Shown: positions 16,855-24,232 of the stretch, one piece after another
Position numbering within the stretch: position 1 is the first letter of the stretch
Layout of the letters: each line of letters begins with the position of its first letter
IMG/VR virus record: IMGVR_UViG_3300016667_000098
Location: 1 to 24,232 of that record
DNA length: 24,232 nucleotides
Strand: one strand, 5' to 3'
From: a virus
Taxonomy: Duplodnaviria > Caudoviricetes
The notes under the pieces: generated by a model
The model's input: only the letters and a program-made list of their open reading frames with translations
Told to the model about the DNA's origin: nothing
The model's database searches: none
Translations under genes and position numbers: made by a program

Positions 16855-18840
16855 GTGACATCATTTACCCCTGACATTACCGAGAATATCCCCCTCAATG
16901 TCGGTAATCCAGCCTCTGCTGGTCTCTGGACTAACAGTGCTGAGGACTATGATATAGCTGTAGGTGGTATCCCATTCATCTTGGCTCCCACTGATTCTAA
17001 TCCATACCAAAGAGAGACTGCCCCTTATCGTAAGGATCAGTTTGATAACTCTCGTGAGCCTGGTGAGCAGTCTCTTACTGGTTGGTGGATTCGTAGCCAG
17101 TCATCTTTCCATGGTGGAGCTGGCATCAAGTTCTATGACCCATCTTCTGGTGAGTCAACAGGCTACAGATTCTTTGATAGCCAAGGCGTGAACGTCTGGA
17201 CTAAAGGACAAGTAACCCTACTCAAAGAATGTACTGCAGTATCTCACCCAGTAACTACGGCTGTTGGCACTAAGTCTGAACAGCATATTCGTTCTGTACG
17301 CTGGACAAGTGGTGGGACTACCTATGATGGAATCTTGCTACACGATGGATACGATGTAGATCGTTTTGACTCAGCTGGTGGAGCTCCTGTTCACTGGCTT
17401 GATTACAATGCTGGTGTAGATGATCCAGTATTCGGCATCTGCGATGATGGCAAGTTTGGTTATTGGGTAACCAATGACGTTGCTTCAGGCAAGCTTGAAT
17501 TTAACAAGAAACTAATTTCTGATGGTGCTGGTGTAGCTCCTACAGTAATGTTCACAAGCCCTAGCATCACGGTAACTTCTGCTGAAATAGAGTTCGTTAA
17601 AGATCGTATTGTGGCATGTATCAATAATGCTGTATATGAGATATCCCCTACAGCTACAATCCTGCCATCACCTGTATACACCAATCCCAACACAAACTAT
17701 ATTTACACAAGCGTAGCTGCCTCAGGTCCTGCTATTTATACAGCTGGACATTCAGGCATCTACTCAACTATCCAGAAGTATACTCTAAATACCTCAGGAG
17801 CTATGCCTACCCTGACACAGGCTTCTGTAGCTGCTGAGATGCCTCCTGGAGAGATTGTTCATAAGATTTTTTACTACCTTGGATATATGATAATCGGAAC
17901 CAGCCGTGGTGTTCGTGTTGCTGCAGTTAATGACCAAGATGGTTCACTAAGTTACGGCCCTCTAGTTGTAGAGACTAGCCAGCCAGTTTATGACTTTGCT
18001 GCTCGTGATAGATTCGTCTGGTGTACTTCAGGTGTTGGTAGCGTAGATGCTGGTCTGATTCGTATTGACCTAGGTCAGACTATTGAAGGTGAAACCCTAC
18101 GCTTTGCTTATGCAAATGATTTGCAATTTACTCAAGCAACTACTCACCATACTACAGCTGTTAACTTTATTGGTACTACTAATCGTCTAGCATTCTGTAC
18201 AGCTTTTAATACCACAGATGGTGCTATCTACTTTGAAGCAGCATCTACTCTACGTTCTACAGGATACATTCAAACCGGTGGCATCCGTTACGGAACCCTA
18301 GAACCTAAGAACTATAAGTTTGTTCGTGGACGTGCTGACATTACTAGCGGTGCTATTGATATTCAGACTGTAGATTCATCTGGTAACTTGTTTACAGTTA
18401 TCTCCTACAACTCCTCTGTAGGCACCCCAGAAGCTGCTACAAGCAGCCCTGCTGGGCCACAAGAGTTTCTATCATATAAGTTTACGCTCTCACGTAGCGC
18501 AAGCAATACCAGCTTGGGCCCTGTATTTAAGGGCTATCAGACTAAAGCTCTTCCTGCTACGAAGCGCCAACGCTTGATTCAGTTCCCTGTTTGGTGCTAC
18601 GACGTGGAAACCGATCGTTACAACGTGCCAGCTGGATATGAAGGCCGTGCGTGGGAGCGTATTCAAACCCTTGAAGACATTGAAGCTGCCGGTGACATTG
18701 TGAATGTCCAGGACTTCACAACAGGAGAGCGAGTACAAGCCTTGATTGAACGTATCAACTTCACCCGTGTAACCCCTCCATCCAAGCGTTTCGATGGATT
18801 TGGAGGATTGCTTACCATCACAGTTAGAACGGTCTTATAG
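16855..18840 (+). CDS. Tail nozzle / tail tubular protein B-like (beta-propeller)
   Basis: 661 aa, beta-rich; GTG start with AAGGAG SD; size and position fit podoviral nozzle proteins. Confidence 0.6.
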   Translation: MTSFTPDITENIPLNVGNPASAGLWTNSAEDYDIAVGGIPFILAPTDSNPYQRETAPYRKDQFDNSREPGEQSLTGWWIRSQSSFHGGAGIKFYDPSSGESTGYRFFDSQGVNVWTKGQVTLLKECTAVSHPVTTAVGTKSEQHIRSVRWTSGGTTYDGILLHDGYDVDRFDSAGGAPVHWLDYNAGVDDPVFGICDDGKFGYWVTNDVASGKLEFNKKLISDGAGVAPTVMFTSPSITVTSAEIEFVKDRIVACINNAVYEISPTATILPSPVYTNPNTNYIYTSVAASGPAIYTAGHSGIYSTIQKYTLNTSGAMPTLTQASVAAEMPPGEIVHKIFYYLGYMIIGTSRGVRVAAVNDQDGSLSYGPLVVETSQPVYDFAARDRFVWCTSGVGSVDAGLIRIDLGQTIEGETLRFAYANDLQFTQATTHHTTAVNFIGTTNRLAFCTAFNTTDGAIYFEAASTLRSTGYIQTGGIRYGTLEPKNYKFVRGRADITSGAIDIQTVDSSGNLFTVISYNSSVGTPEAATSSPAGPQEFLSYKFTLSRSASNTSLGPVFKGYQTKALPATKRQRLIQFPVWCYDVETDRYNVPAGYEGRAWERIQTLEDIEAAGDIVNVQDFTTGERVQALIERINFTRVTPPSKRFDGFGGLLTITVRTVL

Positions 18841-19043
18841 TGAGTGCCGTTGACTGGGCTGCGCTGGTCGTAGCAATAATCTCAATCGCAGCATCATTCG
18901 CTGGAATAGTGCGCTGGCTTGTAAATCATTATCTAAATGAACTAAAGCCTAATGGTGGCGGAAGTATTAAAGACAAAGTAAACAGCTTAGAAGAGAAGGT
19001 TGACTTCCTGACTGATCTAGTCAAGGAGGTCTTGAAGAAATGA
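18840..19043 (+). CDS. Small membrane protein of the lysis cassette (holin/antiholin-like)
   Basis: 67 aa; one N-terminal hydrophobic helix, ELKPNGGGSIKD motif and a coiled-coil tail; upstream of the endolysin. Confidence 0.6.
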   Translation: MSAVDWAALVVAIISIAASFAGIVRWLVNHYLNELKPNGGGSIKDKVNSLEEKVDFLTDLVKEVLKK

Positions 19044-19049
19044 GGGACA

Positions 19050-19562
19050 ATGAAACTTGCGAAAAGGCCGAGCGCTGCTGCCGTCGCCCTGTTGCGACAG
19101 GCGACTGCTCTTGCTCCGAAAAGACTGAAGGCGAGCGATGGACTGCTTCCTTCTGCTGCGCATCTAAAGACTAACCCTACATCTGACCATAACACAGGTC
19201 TAGCTGTAGATCTAACTCATGATCCAAAAAGAGGCATTGACTGTGCGGTCATCTTCGAGAAACTCAAAGAGGACGAACGTGTTAAGTATCTTATTTTCCA
19301 AGGCAAAATCTGGTCTCGTGAGAAGGCTAAGCAGGGTAACAGAAAGTACGTGGGTAGTAACCCTCACAATAAGCATCTACATGTTTCTATTTATGACGAT
19401 AGTGCTAATGACACTAGCCCTTGGTTCTGGTGGATGAACCAGCCTAAACTGGTCAATCAGATTAAGGCAGCCATTCAAGTTGCACCTAAGAAAAAACTGG
19501 TACAATCAGCTACTGGACAAAGCTGTACCTGTTGTCCAATCCATAAACCGAAAGGAAAATGA
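19050..19562 (+). CDS. Endolysin, Zn metallopeptidase (M15/LAS-type)
   Basis: SDHNTGLAVD (H-x6-D) and HNKHLHVS (HxH) zinc-ligand motifs; flanked by membrane proteins. Confidence 0.75.
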   Translation: MKLAKRPSAAAVALLRQATALAPKRLKASDGLLPSAAHLKTNPTSDHNTGLAVDLTHDPKRGIDCAVIFEKLKEDERVKYLIFQGKIWSREKAKQGNRKYVGSNPHNKHLHVSIYDDSANDTSPWFWWMNQPKLVNQIKAAIQVAPKKKLVQSATGQSCTCCPIHKPKGK

Positions 19563-19747
19563 TGGAGACTCTAAAGCAAGTATCCCTGACCTGGTTCCGT
19601 GCTGCAGCATCCGCTGCTATCGCACTCTACCTAGCAGGAGAGACTGATTTCAAAACCCTTGGCATGGCAGCCCTTGCAGGCTTCCTAGGCCCAGTCCTCA
19701 AGTGGCTGGATCCAACCGCTACAGAGTTTGGACGCGGCGCTTACTAA
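19559..19747 (+). CDS. Holin
   Basis: 62 aa; two hydrophobic segments; LKWLDP..EFGRG tail; ATGA overlap with the endolysin. Confidence 0.7.
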   Translation: MMETLKQVSLTWFRAAASAAIALYLAGETDFKTLGMAALAGFLGPVLKWLDPTATEFGRGAY

Positions 19748-19834
19748 AGCCCTAGGATACCCCTTTAAGGGGTGTTTTAAGGCGAGTTGAGCCACTTTTA
19801 GCCCTAGGGGGTAGGTAAGTATACCCCCGGGCAC

Positions 19835-19897
19835 AGAAAACCCCCCAACTCAAGGTCAATTTACATTCGTTGACTTTGATTCTGGGGGGTCTTTTTT
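19835..19897 (+). terminator. Intrinsic terminator ending the late operon (possibly bidirectional)
   Basis: ACCCCCCA(19840-47)/TGGGGGGT(19883-90) with inner stem TCAAGGTCAAT/GTTGACTTTGA; followed by CTTTTTT and preceded by AGAAAA. Confidence 0.8.
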
Positions 19898-19901
19898 GCA
19901 T

Positions 19902-19929
19902 TTGCAGACCCCTAATCCTGTGATATCTT
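19902..19929 (+). promoter_or_regulatory. Putative sigma70/HrdB-type promoter for the early/replication genes
   Basis: TTGCAG(19902-07), 16-nt spacer, extended TG-n-TATCTT(19924-29); directly after the terminator. Confidence 0.4.
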
Positions 19930-19930
19930 T

Positions 19931-20069
19931 GACCCGCGGGAAACCGTGGGGCAGAAACTTCAGATGAAGGGGCGACGGCATAAGCCTGAACCAACCAGCC
20001 TCCCTGAACCACCATAATTTTTTATGGGGGGAGGGGGGGCATTTCTTAGAATCTGGGGCTCAGGCATAT
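19931..20069 (+). ncRNA. Candidate structured leader / small RNA
   Basis: CCCGCGG-GAAA-CCGTGGG; CTTC/GAAG; nested long stem GCCTGAACC/GGCTCAGGC, CCAG/CTGG, CCTCCC/GGGAGG, CCATAA-TTTT-TTATGG. Confidence 0.5.
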
Positions 20070-20087
20070 TGGGGAAGGAGGCACAAA

Positions 20088-20264
20088 GTGCCGACGTATG
20101 ATTACGAGTGTCGCTCTTGTGAAAAGGTACAAGAGCTAACACTTCCGATAGATCACGATAAGGAATTAACATGCGAAAGTTGTGGAAACGTTTTATTCAA
20201 AGTATTTTCGGCGAACCCTATTCACTTCAAGGGCAGTGGATGGGCTGGGAAAACTGCGAACTAG
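20088..20264 (+). CDS. FmdB-family zinc-ribbon protein (58 aa, not in ORF track)
   Basis: MPTYDYECRSC...CESCG...IHFKGSGW, the typical FmdB pattern; GTG start with SD AAGGAGG. Confidence 0.85.
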   Translation: MPTYDYECRSCEKVQELTLPIDHDKELTCESCGNVLFKVFSANPIHFKGSGWAGKTAN

Positions 20265-20359
20265 ATTGCGGTTATGACCAGTATTGCAACAACTGTGCTT
20301 TCATTTGCGATGATTTCGATTGCGAAATATGTGCAGCTTGTGATACCTTTGGGAAATGA
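20171..20359 (+). CDS. Cys-rich hypothetical protein overlapping the FmdB gene
   Basis: AAGGA SD before ATG 20171; stop forms an ATGA overlap with the next gene; eight Cys in the C-terminal half. The start could instead be ATG 20240. Confidence 0.5.
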   Translation: MRKLWKRFIQSIFGEPYSLQGQWMGWENCELDCGYDQYCNNCAFICDDFDCEICAACDTFGK

Positions 20360-20529
20360 GAGAATTAACTTTAATTGTTCATGACGACCCATGGAGGGAA
20401 TACTTCGGTGGGATAGAGTGCATGGAATGTGAAGAGAAAGTTCCATTCCGTTCTAAGGTATACAACGAAGATGAAACTAATGATTTCACTTGCGTTAGTT
20501 GCTATGAGTATGCTAAGGTAAAACCATGA
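20356..20529 (+). CDS. Zn-finger microprotein (57 aa, not in ORF track)
   Basis: MRELTLIVHDDPWREYFGGIECMEC...CVSCYEYAKVKP; two CxxC motifs; ATGA overlaps at both ends. Confidence 0.75.
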   Translation: MRELTLIVHDDPWREYFGGIECMECEEKVPFRSKVYNEDETNDFTCVSCYEYAKVKP

Positions 20530-21302
20530 GAAAATTACCTGAACATATATCCTATTCCTCCTATAACACTTGGCTAGAGTGTGGGTGGAAGTACTATCTA
20601 ACCAAAGTTGAAAAAGTACCTGAGAAACATGCAGTCTGGTTTACAGGTGGATCTGCTGTACATAAAGCCACAGAACGCTATGACAAGTTGGACTTTGGTA
20701 AAACCAATAACGTTGATGAGTTATGGAATGAAGTCTGGCATGACCAGATTAAAGAAGATGAAGCTCTACATGGTGACATGAATACCTGGGAGTATCGTGG
20801 ACGTGAAGACATATCCTGGTGGTATGGCGAAGGTCTATGGATGCTAGACCGTTGGGTAGATTTTATGCACCCATCTAAGGGCTGGTCTGTATACGAAGAT
20901 TTTATCGAGAAAGAGTACGAGATACCTGTTGGCGATACTCGGGTCAAGTTAGCCATCGATCGCGTACTCACTGATTTCGACGGGAATCGTGTGCTCGTCG
21001 ACATCAAAACTGGAGCGTCATCCCAGAAGCACCCCCTTCAACTTGCTGTCTACGCGTGGGCACTAGACAAGCAAGGTATCTCAGTCGACAAGGCTGGGTT
21101 CTGGGATGCTCGCTCTGGTCAAATATCCTTGTGGAATATTGAACACTTAAACCCTGAGCGTATCGAAGATATGTTTACTGGCTTTGACAAGGCCCGCAAG
21201 TCTGACATATTCTTGCCTAACCTAAATAGTTGTGGCAGATGCGGACTAATCTCTCACTGTAAATGGCTTAATGGTAACCAAACAAGAAAGGACGGCAAAT
21301 GA
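20526..21302 (+). CDS. PD-(D/E)XK exonuclease, Cas4/RecB/AddB-like
   Basis: ISYSS...C..KYYL, GSAVH, IDRV, VDIKTG, QLAVYA motifs; one N-terminal Cys plus C-terminal CxxCxxxxxC (Fe-S staple). Confidence 0.85.
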   Translation: MRKLPEHISYSSYNTWLECGWKYYLTKVEKVPEKHAVWFTGGSAVHKATERYDKLDFGKTNNVDELWNEVWHDQIKEDEALHGDMNTWEYRGREDISWWYGEGLWMLDRWVDFMHPSKGWSVYEDFIEKEYEIPVGDTRVKLAIDRVLTDFDGNRVLVDIKTGASSQKHPLQLAVYAWALDKQGISVDKAGFWDARSGQISLWNIEHLNPERIEDMFTGFDKARKSDIFLPNLNSCGRCGLISHCKWLNGNQTRKDGK

Positions 21303-21712
21303 CCGTATCGAAATATCAGGTAAGTAGCAAACTTCCTGATGGTCGTATCTTCGTAATTGGCGGAGATACATTTGATGAGTTCAAGGCAAACCTTGACTCT
21401 GCACTTGGCAACGTGGATGCAGAAGGACTGCTAACCACAATGGCCACATCGCTAGTTGGTGCACCCACCAGCATCGAAGCAGCAGTAGCAAACCTTGCAC
21501 CACTAGGTGTAACACCAGCTCCTGCTAAGACCTTCACACCATCTACTGCACCAGTTGGTAGAGCTTGTAAGCATGGTGCTATGCAAGCACGTACCGGAGC
21601 TGGAGCTAAAGGACCTTGGAAGGCATACATGTGCCCATCTCCAAAGGGAACTCCTGACCAATGTGAACCACAATGGATTCGTAGAAACGATCCTGAATGG
21701 AGCTCATTCTAA
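21299..21712 (+). CDS. Conserved actinophage-type hypothetical protein with C-terminal Cys/His motif
   Basis: 137 aa; CKHG...GPWKAYMCP...C; lies between nuclease and helicase. Confidence 0.7.
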   Translation: MTVSKYQVSSKLPDGRIFVIGGDTFDEFKANLDSALGNVDAEGLLTTMATSLVGAPTSIEAAVANLAPLGVTPAPAKTFTPSTAPVGRACKHGAMQARTGAGAKGPWKAYMCPSPKGTPDQCEPQWIRRNDPEWSSF

Positions 21713-21715
21713 AAC

Positions 21716-22501
21716 ATGAGAACACTTGCTCGTGCCGTTGGTAGCAAAGATATCGGTGGTGAACCGTTACCTACGGTTTTCCGTACCTTTGATACCAACA
21801 AGGTTGTAATCCGCCGAGCAGAAGTCTCCATGATTGCTGGCACTCCTGGTGCTGGTAAGTCAACTCTTGCACTGGCTATAGCGTTGAGGGCTAAGGTTCC
21901 AACGCTATACGTCAGCGCGGATACTAATGCTCACACGATGGCTATGCGATTACTGTCAATGATTACTGGGCGTAATCAGACAGAAGCAGAGCACATGCTG
22001 ATCGAAGATGTAGAGAACGCACGAAAGACTATTAACGAACAATCAGGACACATCTTCTGGTCATTTGACTCAGCCCCTACTTTGGCTGACCTAGATAACG
22101 AAGTATTGGCATTCGAGGAACTGTGGGGATGCTCTCCCACACTAATCGTTGTCGATAACTTGATGGATGTTGCTAACGACTCAGGAGAAGAATTCGCTGG
22201 CATGAGGTCTACCATCAAGGAACTAAAGTACTTAGCTCGTGACACTAATGCTGCGGTGCTAGTACTACACCATACGAAAGAGTCTTATCCTGGAACTCCT
22301 TGCCAACCACGCTCTGCTTTGCAGGGTATGGTTGCACAGCTTCCAGCTTTGATTCTGACTGTGGGTTCAAACGCTCCAGGATTCTTGGCTGTAGCCTCTG
22401 TAAAGAACCGCTATGGAAAGGCCAACGCATCAGGGGAGGAAGCGTTCTGGCTCCAATTCAATCCTGAAGTTATGAACATATCGGACGTAGAAAGAGCATA
22501 A
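21716..22501 (+). CDS. DnaB-like (RecA-fold) helicase, C-terminal ATPase domain only
   Basis: Walker A GTPGAGKS, Walker B LIVVDNL, VLVLHH and KNRYG arginine finger. Confidence 0.85.
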   Translation: MRTLARAVGSKDIGGEPLPTVFRTFDTNKVVIRRAEVSMIAGTPGAGKSTLALAIALRAKVPTLYVSADTNAHTMAMRLLSMITGRNQTEAEHMLIEDVENARKTINEQSGHIFWSFDSAPTLADLDNEVLAFEELWGCSPTLIVVDNLMDVANDSGEEFAGMRSTIKELKYLARDTNAAVLVLHHTKESYPGTPCQPRSALQGMVAQLPALILTVGSNAPGFLAVASVKNRYGKANASGEEAFWLQFNPEVMNISDVERA

Positions 22502-22513
22502 GGGAGTGCGCTG

Positions 22514-23074
22514 GTGACAACAATAGTAGGAATACAAGGCAAAGACTTCGTAGTCATGGCTGCCGATTCGCAAATTACATTAGATAGCCAGCGCATCATC
22601 TCTCCTAAGACACCAAAGCTAGTACGCGTTGGTAAATACATTTTGGGTATTGCAGGTGATTCAAGACCTGGAGATATTCTTACATTCAACTGGAATCCAC
22701 CTGCATACAAGAGCGGTGATGAAGTTCAGTTCATGGGTAAAACTATTATTCCCTCTATGATGGAAGCATTCAGAATGAATGGTTTCGACTTAGAAGGGAT
22801 TGATAAGAAGGAGATATCCTTTGAGTATCTACTTGCTTTTAATGGCAAGCTGTTCTCAATAGGTGAAGACATGTCCTTCTTGTGCTCTGAATCAGGGTAT
22901 TACACTACTGGTTCTGGTGGCTCGTTCGCTCTTGGGTATCTTGAATCGGTGGATCCCAAGAAGATCAAGTCAGTTCAAGCAGCTACAATGATAGCTAAAA
23001 AAGCGATGGCTATTGCCTGTAAGCTTGACATCAAAACTTATCCGCCTATCCAAGTGATAACGCAGACAAAGTGA
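22514..23074 (+). CDS. Ntn-hydrolase, proteasome beta-subunit/HslV-like protease
   Basis: (M)TTIVG start giving Thr1, AADSQ (Asp17), Lys near position 33-34, GIAGD and TGSGG motifs. Confidence 0.8.
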   Translation: MTTIVGIQGKDFVVMAADSQITLDSQRIISPKTPKLVRVGKYILGIAGDSRPGDILTFNWNPPAYKSGDEVQFMGKTIIPSMMEAFRMNGFDLEGIDKKEISFEYLLAFNGKLFSIGEDMSFLCSESGYYTTGSGGSFALGYLESVDPKKIKSVQAATMIAKKAMAIACKLDIKTYPPIQVITQTK

Positions 23075-23274
23075 AAGATATAACCGATTTACGTCCTGAC
23101 TACACTCGGGCGATGGATATCCGTGGTAATCCAACTACGGTATGTGTGTGTGGAAGTTTCGTTTGGAACCTGAAAGTAACATTCGATGAGGATGGTACGA
23201 TAGGGATGTATTTCTTAGATATGGAGTGTGCTGACTGTGGAACACAAGCAACCGCTCCAACGGAGGAACAATGA
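23071..23274 (+). CDS. Small Zn-binding hypothetical protein
   Basis: 67 aa; CVCG and CADCG; GTGA/ATGA overlaps. Confidence 0.7.
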   Translation: MKDITDLRPDYTRAMDIRGNPTTVCVCGSFVWNLKVTFDEDGTIGMYFLDMECADCGTQATAPTEEQ

Positions 23275-23699
23275 AACTAACAACAGTATCAATGCTATCC
23301 GCGATTGCAATTTTTGTGGCTACCTTGCCCCACGGTGTGGGTGCGTGGTTGATAGCCTATACCCCAATGAAGTCTACTTCGGTACAGCTTCAAGGGGCTA
23401 TGAAGATAGACCACAAGATGTTCGCAAAAGCAATGGCTAAAAGCAAAGTCCTAAAGATGTTTGGTAAAGATGCAGATCGTCAATGGTCAGCACTAGCTAA
23501 GCTATGGGGCAAGGAATCAGCCTGGAATTACAAAGCTAAGAATCCTCGCTCTAGTGCCTATGGAATAGCACAGGTACTTAAAACACCACGTAACTCTACA
23601 ATTGAATATCAAGTGAATAATGGGCTGAAGTACATCGTTCATCGCTACGGTACTCCAGCCAAGGCGTGGGCCTTCCATCAAAGAAACGGTTGGTACTAA
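23271..23699 (+). CDS. Secreted lytic transglycosylase (SLT/lysozyme-like fold)
   Basis: N-terminal hydrophobic signal/TM segment; KESAWN (catalytic Glu), SSAYGIAQ, GLKYIVHRYG and GWY motifs. Confidence 0.8.
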   Translation: MKLTTVSMLSAIAIFVATLPHGVGAWLIAYTPMKSTSVQLQGAMKIDHKMFAKAMAKSKVLKMFGKDADRQWSALAKLWGKESAWNYKAKNPRSSAYGIAQVLKTPRNSTIEYQVNNGLKYIVHRYGTPAKAWAFHQRNGWY

Positions 23700-23703
23700 C
23701 ATC

Positions 23704-24057
23704 ATGGGTAGCGCTAAGACTGCACGTGCTGCGAAAGCAAAGGGTGCTGGAGCTGAAAGAGACTTTAGGGATTGGGCTCGTGAGAACGGCTTTCCCTATG
23801 CCGATAGACGCCTTGCTGGCGCTACCCTTGACAAAGGCGATATCTCTGGTATTCCGGGGGTTACCATTGAGATTAAGAACCATGCGAAGATGGATCTAGC
23901 TGGTTGGGTAGAAGAATTAATTGTTGAGATGAACAATGACAAAGCTTGGACTGGTGCTGTAGTTCACAAACGTAAAGGCAAAGGCAATCCTGGTGACTGG
24001 TATGCTACTATGCCTGTATCAGTGTGGATAGAACTACTAAAGAAAGCTATGAAATGA
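23704..24057 (+). CDS. Holliday junction resolvase (Hjc-like PD-(D/E)XK)
   Basis: KGAGAER, DKGDI and IEIKN motifs; 117 aa. Confidence 0.75.
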   Translation: MGSAKTARAAKAKGAGAERDFRDWARENGFPYADRRLAGATLDKGDISGIPGVTIEIKNHAKMDLAGWVEELIVEMNNDKAWTGAVVHKRKGKGNPGDWYATMPVSVWIELLKKAMK

Positions 24058-24232
24058 CCCAAGAAGAATTACTGCAGAAATTGGCAGACATTGCACACAA
24101 CAAAGATGCGCACGATGCACGTAACGATTATCTGCTTGCCCTTTACGCAGTAGTGAAATTGCACAAACCTTGTTGTGATAATTTGAATGAATTACACACA
24201 GGTTACTGTTTATTTTGTAATGAAACTAAATT
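24054..24232 (+). CDS. Hypothetical protein, 3'-truncated
   Basis: ATGA overlap; MTQEELLQKL...VVKLHKPCC...CLFC, open to the window end. Confidence 0.65.
   Translation, partial: MTQEELLQKLADIAHNKDAHDARNDYLLALYAVVKLHKPCCDNLNELHTGYCLFCNETK

Noticed and set aside
19931-20069. tRNA gene
   Set aside because: No cloverleaf, T-loop GTTCRA or acceptor stem.
19752-20172. Minus-strand ORFs 19752..20015 and 19960..20172
   Set aside because: They run through terminator and hairpin sequence and oppose the FmdB gene; no recognisable motifs.
20526-21302. Cas4-like gene as evidence of a CRISPR-Cas system
   Set aside because: No repeat-spacer array or other cas genes seen; solo Cas4-like nucleases are common in phages.
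23228-23899. Alternate-frame ORFs 23228..23440, 23517..23705, 23596..23883 and 23666..23899
   Set aside because: They overlap the SLT and resolvase genes, which have clear motifs and tight packing.

Overview
A 24.2-kb segment of a tailed dsDNA phage genome with all supported genes on the + strand and tight coupling (many TAATG/ATGA overlaps). It looks like a podovirus-type phage, probably of low-GC freshwater Actinobacteria; the host is inferred from gene content. From 5' to 3': three large putative internal virion/ejection proteins; a structured intergenic RNA; scaffold and major capsid protein; six very basic small proteins; head-tail adaptor; a modular tail-fibre region; tail nozzle; holin-endolysin-holin; a hairpin-rich GC-rich non-coding junction (terminator, promoter, structured leader); and early/replication genes (Zn-ribbon microproteins, Cas4/RecB-like nuclease, DnaB-like helicase, proteasome-beta/HslV-like Ntn protease, secreted SLT transglycosylase, Holliday junction resolvase). 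The most interesting items are a duplicated 'MGA-tail / ~100-aa adaptor / variable tip' cassette with an unannotated 42-aa linker (possible plug-and-play branched fibre system), three candidate structured ncRNAs, a cluster of histone-like basic proteins, and an overprinted Cys-rich ORF. All calls come from motif recognition by eye; no database searches were run.
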